Assembly: GCA_030704615.1 (NCBI GenBank)
Contig: CM060732.1
Location: 64,728,001 to 64,792,000 of the forward strand
DNA: 64,000 nucleotides
From: Takakia lepidozioides
Lineage: Eukaryota > Plantae > Bryophyta
Direction of reading: 5' to 3'
Shown: piece after piece, positions 11,720 to 24,440 of the stretch
Layout: every line of letters starts with the position of its first letter
How positions within the stretch are numbered: position 1 is the first letter of the stretch
Made by a program: the position numbers and the translations under genes
The notes under the pieces: generated by a model
Told to the model about the DNA's origin: nothing
The model's database searches: none
Seen by the model: the letters and a program-made list of their open reading frames with translations, nothing else

Positions 11720-14380
11720 CTAATCATTCTTTTTATCAATCTTCACTGAGGATATCTTTGAAGAGAACCACCAGTCTTGCACCCAAGAAGGTGCATAGTG
11801 TAGCCACCAGTATGTGCGAGATGAGCAGCCGTATGTGAAGTAAGATGGGACCGGACTTGAGGTTATAGCTGCAACTGCCTTCATGGCAAATTCGTCCGTG
11901 GGTGTATCGTTTAATTTTGCAGATTGAGTTGACCGCTTGATAATTGCCTCTTCATAAGGCTTGTACAATTTGAGGGCCAAATCCGCAACATAGCCACTCA
12001 CAATTCTATGGGACTTTGTACCGATTTCAGAAACAATGGCCCCAGGGGCAATAACGATGACATCAATTCCAAACGGCTTCAGCTCCTGCCTGGCAAGATA
12101 GTGTCAATCAAACTTTTAGATTATCAAGTTGATCCCATCCCATCAGCAAAGTCACCACCCGCCTGTGTCTAGTTTCCTTCTGCGCTGGCACAGGTACTAC
12201 TATGTGATCTTCATTTCATAAACCATCCTAAGCAACCCATGGTTGGAAGGCAGATACCCTTAACCTGACGTAAGTGTTTTTTGAAATTTGAAAGCTAGAT
12301 AGAGGTCGCATCATTATACAAAAAATATCTTAGCCAAGGACAACAGTCGTTGGGTTAGTGACAGCTGGATGCTCTTGACTGCTCCATATAGAGTGGCCTA
12401 GACAGTATATATCAAAAGGACGCGCTGGAATAATCAGCATGCTGGGTAGTATGCCTTACTAAGTATGCTCTTCAAGGTATTGATGGTCTGCTTAGTATGC
12501 TCCATTGGTAGCATGCACAGAAACTAAAAGACCATGAATGGTTTGTGTTTTGCTATCACAATATGCCTCTTTGTAAGCATTAAAAAGATACTGTTACTGT
12601 ACACCTTATGCACTTCGTTTGAGATTTTCGAGACAATCATTAGAGCTCTGGATTTGATCTGAATGTTATGGTGAACAACTTATCCTCAAGGTGATCTCAA
12701 ACAACTTTCTTTAGTGAATAATGCTTTAATTTTACCAGTCTTCTCTCCCTGCCCCCTATCTCTGCTCTGTTTGTTTGTGGACTGATCCATTGCCATTGCC
12801 CAACACAAATTAAGGTGGCACCTTGTAAATCATCCGGGCTCTGAATATCACTCTGCTCCCCCATTGGGACCTCCCATGTGTATTAATTGCTGAGCACCTC
12901 TTTCTGTTTGCCTGATTCTCGATACCTTTATGCTCTCTTTCATGCCATTAATCTTGCCTCTAGAAATGCTCTCCCTGTCCCAGGGGCCCTTGCGGCCCTC
13001 TGCGGATGTTATGAACTTTTTCTATTCCTTTCTGTCTCTTGTCTCTCTCTCCCTTGTTGAAGGAGGGGAAGGACAGATCTGGTGGTAGACAACATGCTAT
13101 TGTTGGAATGGGAGTAATTTTGGACTGCTATTCTTTCTTCTCATGACAGTTAAGATACTTACCGAAGTGCATCACTCAAGGCATGCAAAGCTGCTTTTGA
13201 GCTGGAGTAGATGCCACTAAAAGGACCAACAACGTATGCACCAATGCTGCCCACATTGGCAATTACACCCTTCCCTTGAGCAGCCATGTGGGGCACAACT
13301 GCTTGAATCAACAAAAGTGGACCTGCAAAATCCATCATCTCAAAGGTTTCATCGTAGGGCCTTAAACAATTCAATACATGAAAACCAGGACCTATAGGAA
13401 TATGCAAACTCATCACAAGCAATGCCAATACATTTCAGTCTTTCCATCCATGTTTAATTAGTAGTTGATGGAATGTTAGGCTTAGTACAAAAAAGTGAGT
13501 GCCCCTTCTATTCTTCAGAATCCAGCTCTGGTTTGGGCGATCAATTAAGGACAAAGCTTCAACCTACAAGTAAAGTAAACAGTCAATTCATGACAGTGGG
13601 GGTTTTATGAGCAGGATGTGGGAATACTCTCCAGATCTTCAATATTCTGAGATAGCCTGCAACTTCCAAGCATAGTTTAGTGCCCTCGATTTTGAAACAC
13701 AGCAGGGTGGAATTGAACTGACCAGCAGTGAAACTGCTGCTGCACTTGTAAGGACGTATCGAATTTAGTTAGCCGCAGTTGACGACTACTGCTCTCATCA
13801 CTGGACCCTACTTCAACTGATTTACATTGTGCAGCGCATTCTGATATTCATGGTTGATGTACCGGTCGCAAATCAAGCGTCCATAGATCATATAGGGCGA
13901 GGATGTGAAAGCTCCGGCCTAAATACGCATATTGCAACATTGCCGTTGTTACCATTTTTCATGAAAACTGCGGAACATACAGAACCTCTCAGGTTTTACG
14001 CCATGATACAAAACAAGATTCATACCAAATAGATTGGTCTGGAAGGTCCTCTCCACAAGGGAGAAAGGGGCCTCGGCAACAGGAACCTTAGCAGGAACGC
14101 CAGCGTTGTTGACCAAAATATCAATGCGGCCATACTTTGCCATGACGGTCTCCACCGCTTCGCGAATGTTAACCTCGACAGTGACATCAAGAGTCAAGGT
14201 TGCAATACGAGGATGTCCCTGCAGCTGTTTCATGGTATCCAGCGACCTGGATGTCGCCACAACACTGTAGCCCGCGTCACTAAATGCCAAGGCCAGACTA
14301 GCGCCTATACCGCCATCCGAGCAGCCCGTGATGAGCACTACGTCATCTCGCCTCCCGCTTGCTCCAGGTCCTCCCTCCAT
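11720..14380 (-). CDS. Short-chain dehydrogenase/reductase (SDR; 1-acyl-DHAP reductase/AYR1-like), 3 exons
   Basis: Exons 14380-14026, 13322-13163, 12089-11720 with GT-AG sites and consistent phase; motifs TGCSDGGIG, NNAG, catalytic YSSSK, LRQELKPFGI. Confidence 0.92.
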
Positions 14381-15546
14381 CCGTTACCAGTTCCTTCACA
14401 AAACCCTCTACCACCGAACCGCAATCAATTTCACAAGCGTCGACGAATTCCCCTGCAACTAGATTCCTCACTTCTTGCAGATTGCTTGGTTAATAAGCTT
14501 AGCTTCGAGCCTCCAGACTGCATAAGCGATCCAACAAGTCGTCCTACTAATAAGACCAAGGCCCACGTCAGTAAAGATGCTGCCTTCACATGCATCTGCG
14601 TCACGCGTGCAGCCATGACTGACAACCCTACCCGTAATATGTATATGACGTTATATATATGTACACGTCATAGGCCTAACATTTACTAAAGTTGTCCAAA
14701 TACAATTTTTGGCCCAACTCCACCAGCAATAATCCTCCACTACATTGAAAGTACTCTCATGGCATACTTTTCGTACCATTTGAATCCATTATATTTTTGT
14801 GGACATAATTCAATTCGTTGCTATTAGTGTGGAGCAACATGAAGCCCGAGTTGAATGAGGACAACTTTATTGTGAAAGCCCCCAAATGGTACATACAAAC
14901 TTTTGGAGTATACTACCTAATTTTGGACGATAGAATTTGGGAGCTTTCCTTGCTGATGGTGGTGGCAAGGTAGCAAGATTCAGTTTTGTAACTAAAAATG
15001 TAAGAGTTTTATGCTGTTTGGAGGAGAGAAGTGGCTATAGTGCAGCAAAAGAAAAGCTTACGAGAACAGATAGCCACTGCCGCATTGTGGTTGCCCTGGT
15101 GTCAATGCAATGACATATCTCAGGAAATCCAAACAAGGCTGACCTGACTTGATTGTCTTATGTCTGCATGTCAAGTTCTGCTTATGCTAGGAAAAAGCAT
15201 TATGGTCAAGAAGCATGTGGCTTTTGTTGTCCAAGTGTTCAGTCTTTCAATAACAATACCCCAATGTTCATCAAAACTATTACCATTTCACCTGTCAGGC
15301 AGTAAAACCATTTTGTTGAGTAACATTTGTGGCGCACCTAGCTCAGGCATAAACTTCCTTGCCATATATGAAGAGAGAGAGAGGAGAGAGAGAGAGGACG
15401 CTGGCTATGGCCGGCATGACTAAGAGCCACTTCACCTTGTAGCTACTGCCCCCCTTTCGGACAGAAGCCGAATATGAATACCAAATGACTTTGCACATAA
15501 TAGTCCTAGAGAAGAGGGTATGCAACAGACCTTTTGCAAAGAATGA

Positions 15547-17968
15547 TCACTTTATTAGTGGGAGCCCTGATGGCACTCTTTGTGCATATTCCTCGTACTG
15601 TTCCCCAAAAAATTGTCGTAGAAAATATTCCTCATATCTGAATCCTAAAGGTTAAGGTACCCAATCTGTAAAAAGAAGACTTGAGACCAACCACTAGCGT
15701 ATACGTAAAGATCTGTCAGAAAATTGCCTTCGTCTTTTAGGGACAGTCCCCTGACAGAATCCAATATGTGTGCTTCAGAGGGCCACCTTATGCCCATAAG
15801 GTAACCTTACAAGTGTAAGGTCACCCGCTGACATGGATTATGTCAGAAGCTGACAGGAGCCAGGGTGGCCGGGGATGACAGCTCGTCACGCAGGGTAAGG
15901 TTTCCTTCATCGAGCCTATCCAAGGTTTTTGAAACCCAGACCTTGGGCTCCGCACTCGCTCTGGGGTTCGCAAACGGAAACCTTACTCTATACATAAGAA
16001 CTCAAAAACAGTTCCAAAGTGATGGTGACTCCACAATGGTGAACCTCCATCTCTGCCACAATATCGAATCAATGAATGGACCACTTTGTGACAAAGATGT
16101 CATTTAAGTGCATTCAACCTGCATAGCTTTTATGCATTGCCCACTGAATTCCCTATGTACGTAGATAGGGAGTCGAGGGACATGGCAGGCAAGAATTATT
16201 TTATGTCGCTAAGCTTCTTCAAATGTAAGCAATTTGAAGTAAGTCAGTTTGAGGGAGACCCTACGTACTTCATTCGTAGACCAAATATTTGTACAACCTC
16301 TGTAAGTGGCTATGGTAACAAGATGGGTTTAAATTCCACTGTTTGTCTTTCTCTGGAGAAAAAAGGTAGAGCTGAAGAAAACAAGACTCTGCGTTAAAGA
16401 CACAAGGGCCTCCTATTTCTAAGGGTTCATACACCATCGTGATTTTTCTTGTTTCTGGAGACAAAACCAGTTCTAAACAAGAAAAATGGCTCTAGTTTAA
16501 AGACATCAGAGCCTCCCAAAAAAGCAGTTTAACCAATAGAAAATCATGAATGCAATCATGATTGCCTCATGACCAAGTGACAAACATTCTGGTAAGGGAA
16601 GTTGGAAAGGATACGTGATGCGGTCGTTGAAAAATCGCCAGGTGACAACAACATAGCCAACTGTGCAAACTGGATTGCAAAGCAACACCTGAGTACCCAC
16701 TGACCAGATGAAAAAACCCAAGTAGCCAGGGTGACGTGCAAACCTGTAACAAGAAATTCTTGCTATTAAGAGGTAAACTTCCATGCAAGTAAGGCTGAAT
16801 GTCTCACTAATACAAGTGAATCTATTTGAGTACCCTTTATAGCTAAAACTATGTCTAAAACTCTAGATGATAGCTATGCAATTCTACATCCCCGCCTTGC
16901 TTAAGACTATGTCTGCAATCCGTGAAGAGGCCTGCTCATGTAGAATAATAGACTTACTTCCTCATTTTTATTCCTCACGACATGGGCTATTGAATCAAGT
17001 CCTTAGATTGAGTTTGTTGTCTAAGAATTGTAGATGAATAGAACTGAACGAATGCTTGCTATGGCATATAGACCATCCACCCACACATTAGTAGGGAGGA
17101 CAAGAGAGCGCCAAAGCCAAGCACCCCTGAAAACAGTTTTGGGCCTTCCAAAATTCCTTCAATCAACCCTTTGCTGCCACTTAAGATATGTAAAAACAGA
17201 AAAACCCAGATTGCCTTTAAACCAACTTTTGCTAAAAGTTACAATGGATACAAGAACTCACCCCAAATTTTGGACCAAGGAGGGTTAACCGTTAAGACTC
17301 ATAATGATACGAGCAAAGAGAGAAGTGTGGTAACACTTTATTTGGGACTTGTGGCGAGGGCATCCCTCCTACGCAAGGACGCTTACGACACTGACTGGAC
17401 CGCAACTGGAAAATGGTCACCTCGCCTCATGGATCATTTACTATGTTGTTCCATTTGCTACTTTCTTGTTTGAAAGTACCTATCGCTTAGTTGCACTTTA
17501 GTTGACTTTCCTAAAGGACCCTTGGGATACTCCTGGAGTACCACTTATTGACATAGAGGCTTGTGCACCTGAGAAAGGAAATCATCAAAACAAGGACAAA
17601 AGAGTACTTCGCTTGCTGTAAAATTCTGAACTTTCCCTTGATCCCAGATGACCAGAGTCGGAGCCATAGATAATCTCTCCACACGGTTTCAGAGGGAGAG
17701 ACAGAGAGAGAATGTACTCATAAGATGTTGCTTGCCATAGCCTTGCGGCCATAGACCCCGTGCCCAGTTTGGGCGGAACAACAGGGACCAGAAACTACCT
17801 TTGTGGGGGGCTCACTCTGGTAGTACGACTTACCTTGATACAAAGCCTACCTTCAGTAGAGAAATGAAATGAAATGAAATGGTGCTTTATAACGTCCGCG
17901 GAAAGCTCATAGAGCTTATGGGACAAAATGGAAGAAAACATGAGAGAGGAAACAAAAACAAAGCCAAG

Positions 17969-17999
<31 letters not shown>

Positions 18000-20683
18000 A
18001 TCTACTCATAAGACTTTTGTTTGTGTAGCCTTGTGCCCATAGACCCTGCGCCCAGTTTGGACGGGAACATAGGAGAGATAGAGAGAAATGAAATGAAGTG
18101 GTGCTTTAAAACGTCCGCGGAAAGCTCATAGAGCTTATGGGACAAAATGGAAGAAAACATGAGAGAGGAAACAAAAACAAAGCCAAGAATAAGAACTAGA
18201 GAGAGAGAGAATTACTCATAAGGCATTGTTTGCCGTAGAGAGAGAGAGATTGTACTCATAAGACGTTGTTTGCCGTAGCCTTGTGGCCATTGACCCCGCG
18301 CCCAGTTTGAGCGGGAACAAAAGGGACAGAACCTACCTCTGTCAGGGGCTGACGTTGGTAGTAAGACTTACCTCCATATAAAGAATTAATCCGGGTTTTC
18401 CAGATATCCTCTAGAAATCCCTTCACACAAGCATCAATCTGCTGTGTGTGATTTGCCCAAAAACTAGGCCTCAGGAGGGCCTGGGCTTTTGGCTCAGCCT
18501 TGAGACTTTCAAAGTTGGTAAACAGGGGTACAGGCACAATTCCCTTAATAGATTTGAAGAGAGCGTCTCTTTGGTGAGAGAACCCCGGACAGTGTATCAG
18601 AAAATGAATACTGTCTTCAGATTGCCCACACAACGGGCAATTGCACTCTCCCTTTCCTCTCTGCTTCTGTTTGCTGTTCAAAGGTAGGCTTCCTGCCCTG
18701 AGTTTAAATTTCAGTCTAGTGCCGAGAGTGGGTAGACACTTGAGGTCATCCAAGATGTCCTCCCCCATGTCACAGACTGGAAACAAGTTCAAGGAAGTTT
18801 TCTGCCTAACTTCATTTTCATCAGACAATCTCATGGCAACAGACATGGCTGAGGACACTACAGCCTCTAAGTCAGATTTATCCAGCAGGGTCAAGACTTG
18901 CGGATCCAGGTCCAGGTCCTTGAGGATCTCTTCTACTCTCTTCTGCCAGGACTTAGCCTGTTTGACGGGGCGGTCCTGTTTCCAAGATATAGAGTCGATT
19001 AATTTAGGATATCTGGTGTTGGGCATATGTTGCAGCTGACCCCACCATCTGACCTTGAATTCATCTTGTCGGGAGCTTAAGTACGGAATCCCAAACGAGA
19101 GAGAGAGAGAGAGAGAGAGTGAAAATTGCAATTCAAGCACAAAGAAACTTACCTATAGATACCATGAGTGACAAGCTGGTGCTCTGACTGATGGTACTTC
19201 TTAATATCGTGTGTGAAGTTGTGATGTGCAGTCAAAACGGCAGACTTGCGCACTAGTTCACCCACCACGACCATCACCAAGCCTATGTAGCTGATAAAAG
19301 GCCGAGTCTTTAGCCAAGGTGTGTATTGGCTTTCCATCGCATGCTCCACCAAGGCAAATGTCATTGCTACCAGGTATGGGACACTTATAAGAAACGCTGC
19401 AATCCAACATAGGTTAAATTTGATGATTGGAAAAACAACACACCAAGAAATTATTTTCATTTAACTACTTGGTTTCTCTCCCTCATGGGATGAATGCCAC
19501 CACCAGAAATTACGAAATTCTATTGTTGAACAAAGATGTTTACACATGCCCTACTTCTCTTGCTCGTGAGATGATGCAGTTGTTCTACAAATATGAAACA
19601 TCTTCTGGACATCGGAGAGAGCAGAAGGAATTCTACAAGTTTCTACATCTCTATGTATGGTGTATGCTTGGATGACCTTTCCACACCCAACACCCTATAG
19701 TTCTGCCAAGTTTTACAACTTGACGACCGCATATGCTCAGTCCCATGAACAACGTTGGTCCCGGGTCAGGATAAGGCTAATAGCACTTATATTCCCAAGA
19801 AGAGGTCTTGAGCTTCAAACATTCAGTTTCCTGTAGCAAATGTTGGGGCTCACAGCTCACACACAGACCTGAGAGAAGGTCTCATTCTTCAAAAATTTCA
19901 ATTTCATATTGCAAATATCGGGGACAAGATGATCCAGCAATTTGTGAGCTGTGTTGCTAAAAGGGCTAAGAGACACACCCTACTTAGACATCACAAAGCT
20001 TACAGTTTATAGTAGCCATTCCACTTTCATCACTAAAGTAAAAGAGCTAAGAGAAACACCATAAATAGAAATAACAAATCTTACAGTCTATAGTGGCAAT
20101 TCCATTCTCGACCCTCGGGTCTTTCCCTCGGGTCTTTCTAAGTCCACAGTCACATCTCTTGATTATCGGGAAATTTGTTTAAACGAAGAAGCAATTGGTC
20201 CCAGACCTTCCCTATGCGGAACGTACACACTACACACTATCTTCCCTTAACCAGGGGTATATTTATGTGCAAATTACTTGAGCAACACAATCTTAGCACA
20301 TCTACCCAAGCAAGGAAGGAAGGTTCTTCGGGAGAAGCAGCTGTGTTCATAGTTGAGAGAGGGAGACAGAGAGGCCGACTATGTCTGTGGGAGAGCCGAT
20401 GGACATAGTCCAAAGACATATTCTGTTCCTGAGAGAGAAAAAGGCTTGAAGCACAATTGAAATAGTTTTGCGGAACTACAAAGGAGTACGATATAGGTAC
20501 ATGATAAGAAAGAGTCTTTACAAACATCAGATAAACAAAAACATCTTCTAGGGAAATAAGGAACTAACAGCCGATGGAGGTGCGCCGGCCATGAAACCGA
20601 AGCGCCAACAGAAACTCGGAGACATGGAAGACGACCAGCGCACCCAACATCCACCATAGTTGCTTGATCGGACTCATCCCCAT
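15547..20683 (-). CDS. ICMT: Protein-S-isoprenylcysteine O-methyltransferase (STE14/ICMT), 4 exons
   Basis: Exons 20683-20569, 19396-19153, 16743-16615, 15637-15547; motifs FHVSEFLLA, NFTH..HQLVTHGIYRFARHPGYLGFF, RITYEEYFLRQFFG..Y..YAQRVPSG. Confidence 0.95.
17690..18237 (-). repeat. Nested array of short LINE 3' ends (family B with (CT)n tails, family A with (CATTT)n tails) in ICMT intron 2
   Basis: B ends at ~17693-17835, 17973-18080 and 18198-18237 alternate with A ends at 17861-17973 and 18084-18197. Confidence 0.85.
18238..19097 (-). mobile_element. 5'-truncated RTE/RTEX-like LINE (family B) in ICMT intron 2
   Basis: Open frame with KFKLRAGSLPL..CPLC..EDSIHFLIHC (CCHC knuckle); flanked on both sides by (CT)n. 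Confidence 0.85.
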
Positions 20684-21336
20684 TTCTGATCCGCAAGCTT
20701 CGATTTAGAGCGTGCATCTATCGTAAAGTGCAGTGCTGTTACATGTGCCGTTTCTATCAACGAATTCCTAGTCTTCTGACATAGTAGAGCAGTTTCACCG
20801 GAAAAAGAGATGGCGGGTTCCACGAATGAGGTGGCAGGGAAAGGGGCGTGGGCAAGGGTAATTTAGCTTGTGTGGTGTCCAGCAAAGCCAAAAATAAATA
20901 AGGGAGCATATGGGCCACCTGGAATTTTTCCTTGGCTTGCCATGTCACCCACAAATGTAATCCGTGGGCCCATCTAGAGAGGAGGTACAATATAGCCATA
21001 AAGTATAGCCATCTCAATCACAAATGTAGGGTCACGGGTGTAGTCAGTCAACCCCTAGATGTACTAGTTTAGATAGGTATAGCCATTTGAACTACTTGAC
21101 TTTGCAAGTAGGTATAGCCGTAAGCCAACTCTCATAGCCATTTTCATTAGTTTACTAGTTGACTTTCTAGAGAGTTCTGGTATACTAGCTAGTCTCAGTA
21201 ATTCATTTAGTTGACTATCAAGACAGTTATGCAAGTAGGTATAAGAGAAGGTTCCATGGGATGGATAGGTTTCCATTCACCCCTCTAGAAATCTTTGGCA
21301 CTAATTGCTGTGGGCCCATGACATAATAAATGACAA

Positions 21337-21550
21337 TTTTCTTTTTCTTTTTAGAAAGGGAAACACTTGGGAGCGACAGCTCACAAATCAGGCCCCTTAA
21401 TTATAGTGAGAGGAAAAAAAACCTCTTTCAGAGTAACCGCGTCGTGAAGGCTTAAGCAAGGGACACCGCCCAGAACGCCATCAAGTAGCAAGATTTTAGC
21501 CCAGAATCATTTGGGTGGCACTTAGTGCACTTTCCAATGGAGCTACCAAC
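21337..21550 (-). mobile_element. tRNA-derived SINE, copy 1
   Basis: Minus strand GGTAGCTCCATTGG (A box) and GGCTAAAATC (degenerate B box); body shared with 56021-56211; A-rich tail. Confidence 0.7.
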
Positions 21551-21915
21551 TGTATTAATATAAGTTTTGGATGAAAATGTCAAAAATCATTCCCTCTCCT
21601 AAAATTTAAGTTAAGTTTTGATGGAAATCAATACTATTCTGCGGGCCTGCTGTAGAAAAGGTGTCAATTAGGGGCGCCGTGAAACTCGATCGCCCTTTGT
21701 GAAGGGACGGTTTTTTGTGCCCCTTAAGCAAAGGGCGATTCCGTGGGGGCGCCCCATAGGGAATATGCTATTTCGACCAATAGCACCTCGTAATTCTGGG
21801 GCGGGGGGCGCTTGCAGCTGCCCATGGAACCCGGCTCTAACCAATTGGTATAGCCATTTTCACGTATAGCTAGCTCACTAGTTGGCTTTCTAGATAGCTC
21901 TACAAGTAGATATAA

Positions 21916-24440
21916 GGCCCCGGCCGCACCTGGCTGCTAAGCGGCCTGCTAAGCTAGTTAGCAACCGTTAGCTACGTGGTGACGGCCGCACTTGCCCATT
22001 ACAACCCCAACTAGTTAGCGGGCTCCTAGGAGCCGTTAAAGTTGACGTAGGGGGTTCCTCCGAAATTTAGCACATCCTCCCCCCAGGTGGTAAATCACGG
22101 TCGCCGACTAAAAATCGGGTAGTCGATCTTGCGCGCAATAGAGGTATGCAGCGTCTCCCCTTCCCTGTGATCTTTCTGAAATGGTGACAATCGAACTCAA
22201 AGATTTTCATTCTATCTGTCATGTGGCCGAAAAGGAGGTGGAAGAGCACCAGGTGGAATTTGCAAGTGTTTTCAAGGAGTATCTTGTAAACACTGTTTGT
22301 AGCTCTGAGATCTGGAATTTGATGGCTGTCAAGGCCCACACTGTTTGTTGGTGTATGAATATATGGGCAATGGTTCCCTTGATCAATGGCTCTTCAATGA
22401 TGAACTAGATTGGGAGACCCGGTTCAACATTGCATTCGGGACTGCTTGAGGATTAGCCTACTTACACCAGGGGTGTCAGGAGGTGATCATTCACTTGGAC
22501 ATTAAGCCCCAGAACATCTTACTGATGAGGTATTTTGCCTGAAAGTTTCTGATTTTGGTCTTTTAAAGCTGATGGACCGTGAGTAGAGGCAGGTAATACA
22601 AGCACTTTCAGTATTGGATTGCAACCATGTACACACCACATTTGGTAGTTGATTACTTATCTATTTAGGTACACTAGGGTCTGTCAATGGCTTCCCGAGG
22701 AGATCTGAAAAGACTGGCTATCCATACCTGTCTGGTTAGTAGTTGAATTTTATATTTTACTAAACACCATGGTTTTTGACAGTTCTAGACCTGGTTCCTT
22801 GTTGGCAGTAGCCAGAGTTCCCTGGGATGCTATTAGTAGAGACCACAGAAATGTGGATCCCAAATTTTCTCTCATCACTAGTATAATCATAAGTAGCCTG
22901 AGGGGTCAGTCCAACTTGCACTGAACACCCACTCAGAAAGTCCAATGTTGAGACCACTGTCCAAAAGATTATACCAATGTCAAGGTCCCTGGTTAGAGAT
23001 CTAACTTTCCAGCTTTGCCTGCTGAGTGCTAGCCGACATCATGGCAGACTTTTTCCGTTAAAAATCTGAATTCTCTTGCCATTCTTCTAAATAAATCCAC
23101 GGATCTCAACAAAGTGTGAAGGTGGAGGGTGAGGGAGGAGCACAACAACACACGTGGATTCTGATCCCCAAGCAAATGGCTGATGCTGCAACAGGCTTCA
23201 TAGAATGGCCTGCCTGTGCAGTTGTGATGCCCTCAGTTTTCAATCTGAATGCCGATGTGCTTTTGCCCACCTTCACCGAGGAAAGAGTTTGGGTGCCATG
23301 TTAGGGTTACGCCTTGCTTGCGTGCCCAGACTCTTCAAGCCTTATGATTACAGATGTGGAGCTGCACCTGATTTCAGCCACGCTATAGGCTTCCATGCGT
23401 AGAAGTGCGACATTGCTATTGTGCTCCGTGTGCCTGTCCAGTATGCTCGGATTGATGAGACCATAGCTCTGTTGTTAGACGAAGGCTTTGTCGATAAGTC
23501 CATGTTGTTGTGTGACTAGTCCATGGTTTTCCAAGTTTTGGAAAGTTGATTCTCACTCCCACCAGTCAAAAGGCCTCAACTGATTGTATGGATAAAACCG
23601 AGAGTTTGGACATATCAGAGTTGTCTGTAACGGTCTCTTCTGCAAAGGGCTTGTGTGCAGCAGCTGGTGGGCCCAGCTTGTGCAATATCATTGTGTCATG
23701 TGTCAATTGAAAGTTCTGTAGCACAATGAACTCAAACAGCCCAAAGGTCCAGGAATATCCACCCATTAAGTGAACTGATGGCCACTTTCAAAAACTGCTG
23801 AAGTTATCCCCTTCACAATCGATATGAAAGTGGCTTCTACATTTTTGTCTTTGGTAGCACCCAACCATGTCCAGTGGCAAAAAGATAATTGGGATTTGAG
23901 ATCTGTTCCCAAATCTGAGGCCAATTTTGAAGAACTTATGTTTCCCTTCACTGGTACACATCAACTTGAACAGGCTCTTCAAGACGGAAAGGTTGAGGAA
24001 CTGATGACGTTTTAAGCATCATCAAACATTGAAAAGACATTTCAAAAGGGATCAACCAGCCAAGCATGCCTGTCAAAACAAGGAGGAACCATGGAGCAAT
24101 CCAGAATCACCTTTGCGACACAGGGAGGCCTTTTGCTGCAAGCTTCTAGCTTCAAATCGTTGTGAACTCTATAGGCACCAAGCAACACAACTCCCTCTTC
24201 TTCGCTGCAGGTTTCGCAGTCGTCAAGCAGCTCCCACGGGCTCTGTCCACCATAGCCGCGGGGAAGACGGGCGGGCAGCCCGAAATATTTGTTTTTGCTC
24301 TCTTGCTAAGAAACTGCCGCGCGACAGTTTGTTAGCAGCCAGGTGCGGCCGCCTCGAGGTTCCTGCCAGACCTGCTAGCTAACCGACGCGCTAGCTGCGG
24401 CTAGTGGCCTGCTAGCTAACCGGCAGGTGCGGCCGGGGCC
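21916..24440. mobile_element. Non-autonomous PIF/Harbinger element carrying captured gene fragments
   Basis: Perfect 17-bp TIRs GGCCCCGGCCGCACCTG / CAGGTGCGGCCGGGGCC; TAA TSD at 21913-15 and 24441-43; flanks rejoin into the tandem repeat; no transposase. Confidence 0.92.
22324..22592 (+). pseudogene. Receptor-like kinase (non-RD, SD-2-like) catalytic domain fragment inside the PIF element
   Basis: [60 protein letters not shown] with stops and a frameshift. Confidence 0.88.

Noticed and set aside
22522-22545. CTGATGAGGTATTTTGCCTGAAA hammerhead-like motif
   Set aside because: Stem register is off by one and the sequence is kinase coding (LLDE..LKVSDFG)
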